Shown: in pieces, positions 62,030 to 64,000 of the stretch | Layout: each line of letters begins with the position of its first letter | Numbering within the stretch: the stretch's first letter is position 1 | Source: Octopus sinensis | Lineage: Eukaryota | NCBI RefSeq assembly: GCF_006345805.1 | Contig: NC_043016.1 | Coordinates: 27,900,001 to 27,964,000, forward strand | Direction: 5' to 3' | Length of the DNA stretch: 64,000 nt | Made by a program: the position numbers and the translations under genes | The notes under the pieces: generated by a model | Database searches by the model: none | The model's input: the letters and a program-made list of their open reading frames with translations, nothing else | What the model was told of the DNA's origin: nothing

Positions 62030-63200
62030 TAACAATGGTCTTTCAGGAGAAAATGCATGATCTCTTCTGTGGTGGAGGTTTGACTATCAGAAATTTTCAA
62101 TGCAACGCTAGATGACATGATGTAGCCAAAAATCTCCCTGGTCTGCGGTCTTTGCTTGACACATCTGCATTTCTTGTTTCTAGTTGAGTGGTTTTCAAAA
62201 GCAATATTTGCTATGCTTTTCTTAGTGATCGAGTGTTTGATCTCTTCACTGTTTCTAGTAATCCAGTTTTGGTACTGGTGCTTAGAGTAGCTAATGACTT
62301 TGTCTGCAGTAGATGTTATAGCTTTCAGGCAGCATGTTCCAATTATTTGCTGAAGGATTCCTGTTCTGTTTTACCTCAGATGCTGATTAGCTTCCAATTT
62401 GGGAAGCTTGGTATATATTCCAGCATTCTTCAGCTTGTGACAGCCATATCTTGGTTTGTGCTTTTGAGTGTTAGGATTCTGAAGTGGTGGATGAATGGAA
62501 GAGTTGATTGGTTCAGCAACCATCAACCACTGATAAGGATATGGTGATTCTCATGTCCTTCTTGTCTTGGATCCTTGACAGTACGTAATCCAGAATATGC
62601 CTCTGTTTTGACCTTGGATGTTGCCAGGTTGTGTCGTGGCCAGTTAGAAGACAGAAGTTGGTGGTTGTAACTGTCCAAGGAAGAGGAGTCTGTTGGAATT
62701 GCAGTTTCCATTCCCTTGTTTGCTGATACCTTGCCAGTGATCATGACTGAATTGGGTGTTGAAGTCACCCAAGATGGTCAGTTTATCATTTTGTGGAAAA
62801 GCTTGGATGGTAACATTGAGTCATTGAAAGCATTTTCACTTTTGTCATCTGAGTGAATAATCGGAGAAGAGGCAGATGGCCACGAAAAGTGGAATTCAGA
62901 TGGACATCAGACATTCACATGTTGATGTTGGGGTCGTGTATTTGTTGACCAGCTTGTTTTTCATGGCAAGTCCAATGTCATAGAGGCAAGATTTAATGGC
63001 ATCCTTCCTTTCCAAAAGAACGTGTAGCCAACCTCTTTGATGCAGACTTCTGGAGAAATGAGTTCCACTTAGAGCTGTTACAGTGATGTTGTATCGGATG
63101 AGTTCTTGAGATGCATGGTATGCCTTTCAGGTCCATATGTAGTTTGCATGTTCGTCAGAATTCTTATTTTCATGCTCCCAAAATCAGAGAGTTAGATCAA
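62030..63200 (-). mobile_element. Decayed RTE (BovB-like) LINE, AP-endonuclease region
   Basis: Minus-strand ELIRYNI..TALS, GYTFFWKG and LGDFN motifs with many lesions. Confidence 0.65.
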
Positions 63201-64000
63201 AAGGTTTGATGATGAGGTAGGGTTTCAGTCTGAGATTGAGATTTTTCACTGCTGCAATAGGTGTCTGCCAGTTGCAGGAAGATGAGGAGATCAGTGTCTG
63301 ATAATTACCCCACGTTTTCTACAGGCTTCCCTGTACAGGGAGGGCTACAGTGGTCCTAAATAGACCAGGTCTGATGTGTACAGCTGCCAAAATCCTCCAT
63401 CACTTCTATTTCAACTACCATGTGCATGTCACTAATGTCTCTTCAAGAGATAGAAGCAAGCTTCTAGCTTATGAACCAGGCTTGCTTCTGCTGCTCAAAG
63501 AGACGTCGCCTTTGGACTTGAAGAATTTGAGGTGGAGAGCATCATGCTGGGTTTAGATGAACTGTTTGCATACAAGGTGCCTGCACATTTCACTCAGTCA
63601 TACTCCATAGCTCATCATGTTCTTGAACAATGGAGCTGTGTCAAGCTGACAAAGCCTACATCTTTCAAGGGTCACCTTGATGCCAATCCAAAGCCTATTG
63701 CTTTGAGGTTTTTGACAGGCTTACACAGCTACTGTAGTTGCCCGAGATCAGCAAAGACATAACTGTACTTCACCCTGCCAAGCAATATTCTACTTTGGCA
63801 TTTCCCAGGATCTACAACTAGGATGTAGGAGTTTGGTTTTGGATCCCTTTAATAATGGATGTCTTATAGAGAACACTGAAACAACAAAATCTTAATAAAC
63901 CTAATTAAAAGAACAAATGCTTAGGCCTGGAGAAAAGAATAATACCACCATTTGAAGATATTATTCCCACCATGATGTGAAGGATTAGATACTTATTCCC

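Overview
AT-rich animal genomic DNA, not prokaryotic. The SINE, RTE and Penelope repeat content suggests an octopus or other coleoid cephalopod (inference). The main gene is a + strand multi-exon eIF4G (eukaryotic translation initiation factor 4 gamma). Twelve phase-consistent GT-AG coding exons between 37772 and 61462 encode about 900 aa, including the PABP-binding motif, the eIF4E-binding YDRDFLL motif and the start of the MIF4G domain; the gene runs off the right end. Two candidate first exons (18.9 kb coding, 20.0 kb non-coding) lie in a CpG-retaining promoter zone at about 15-23 kb, and a tentative small divergent gene may run leftwards from 16 kb. Everything else is repeats: a piggyBac family (decayed transposase copy nested in a relative, deletion derivatives, MITEs), a hATm-like transposase pseudogene splitting an RTE LINE, other hAT remnants, non-autonomous Helitrons, tRNA-derived SINEs, Penelope-like pieces with a degenerate hammerhead, and mini/microsatellites. 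I found no CRISPR, rRNA or bona fide tRNA gene, and I cannot demonstrate a wholly new biological system. The best leads are the eIF4G 5' architecture, the divergent microexon gene and several near-perfect hairpins. Exon and TIR coordinates were hand-counted; edges of degenerate repeats are approximate.
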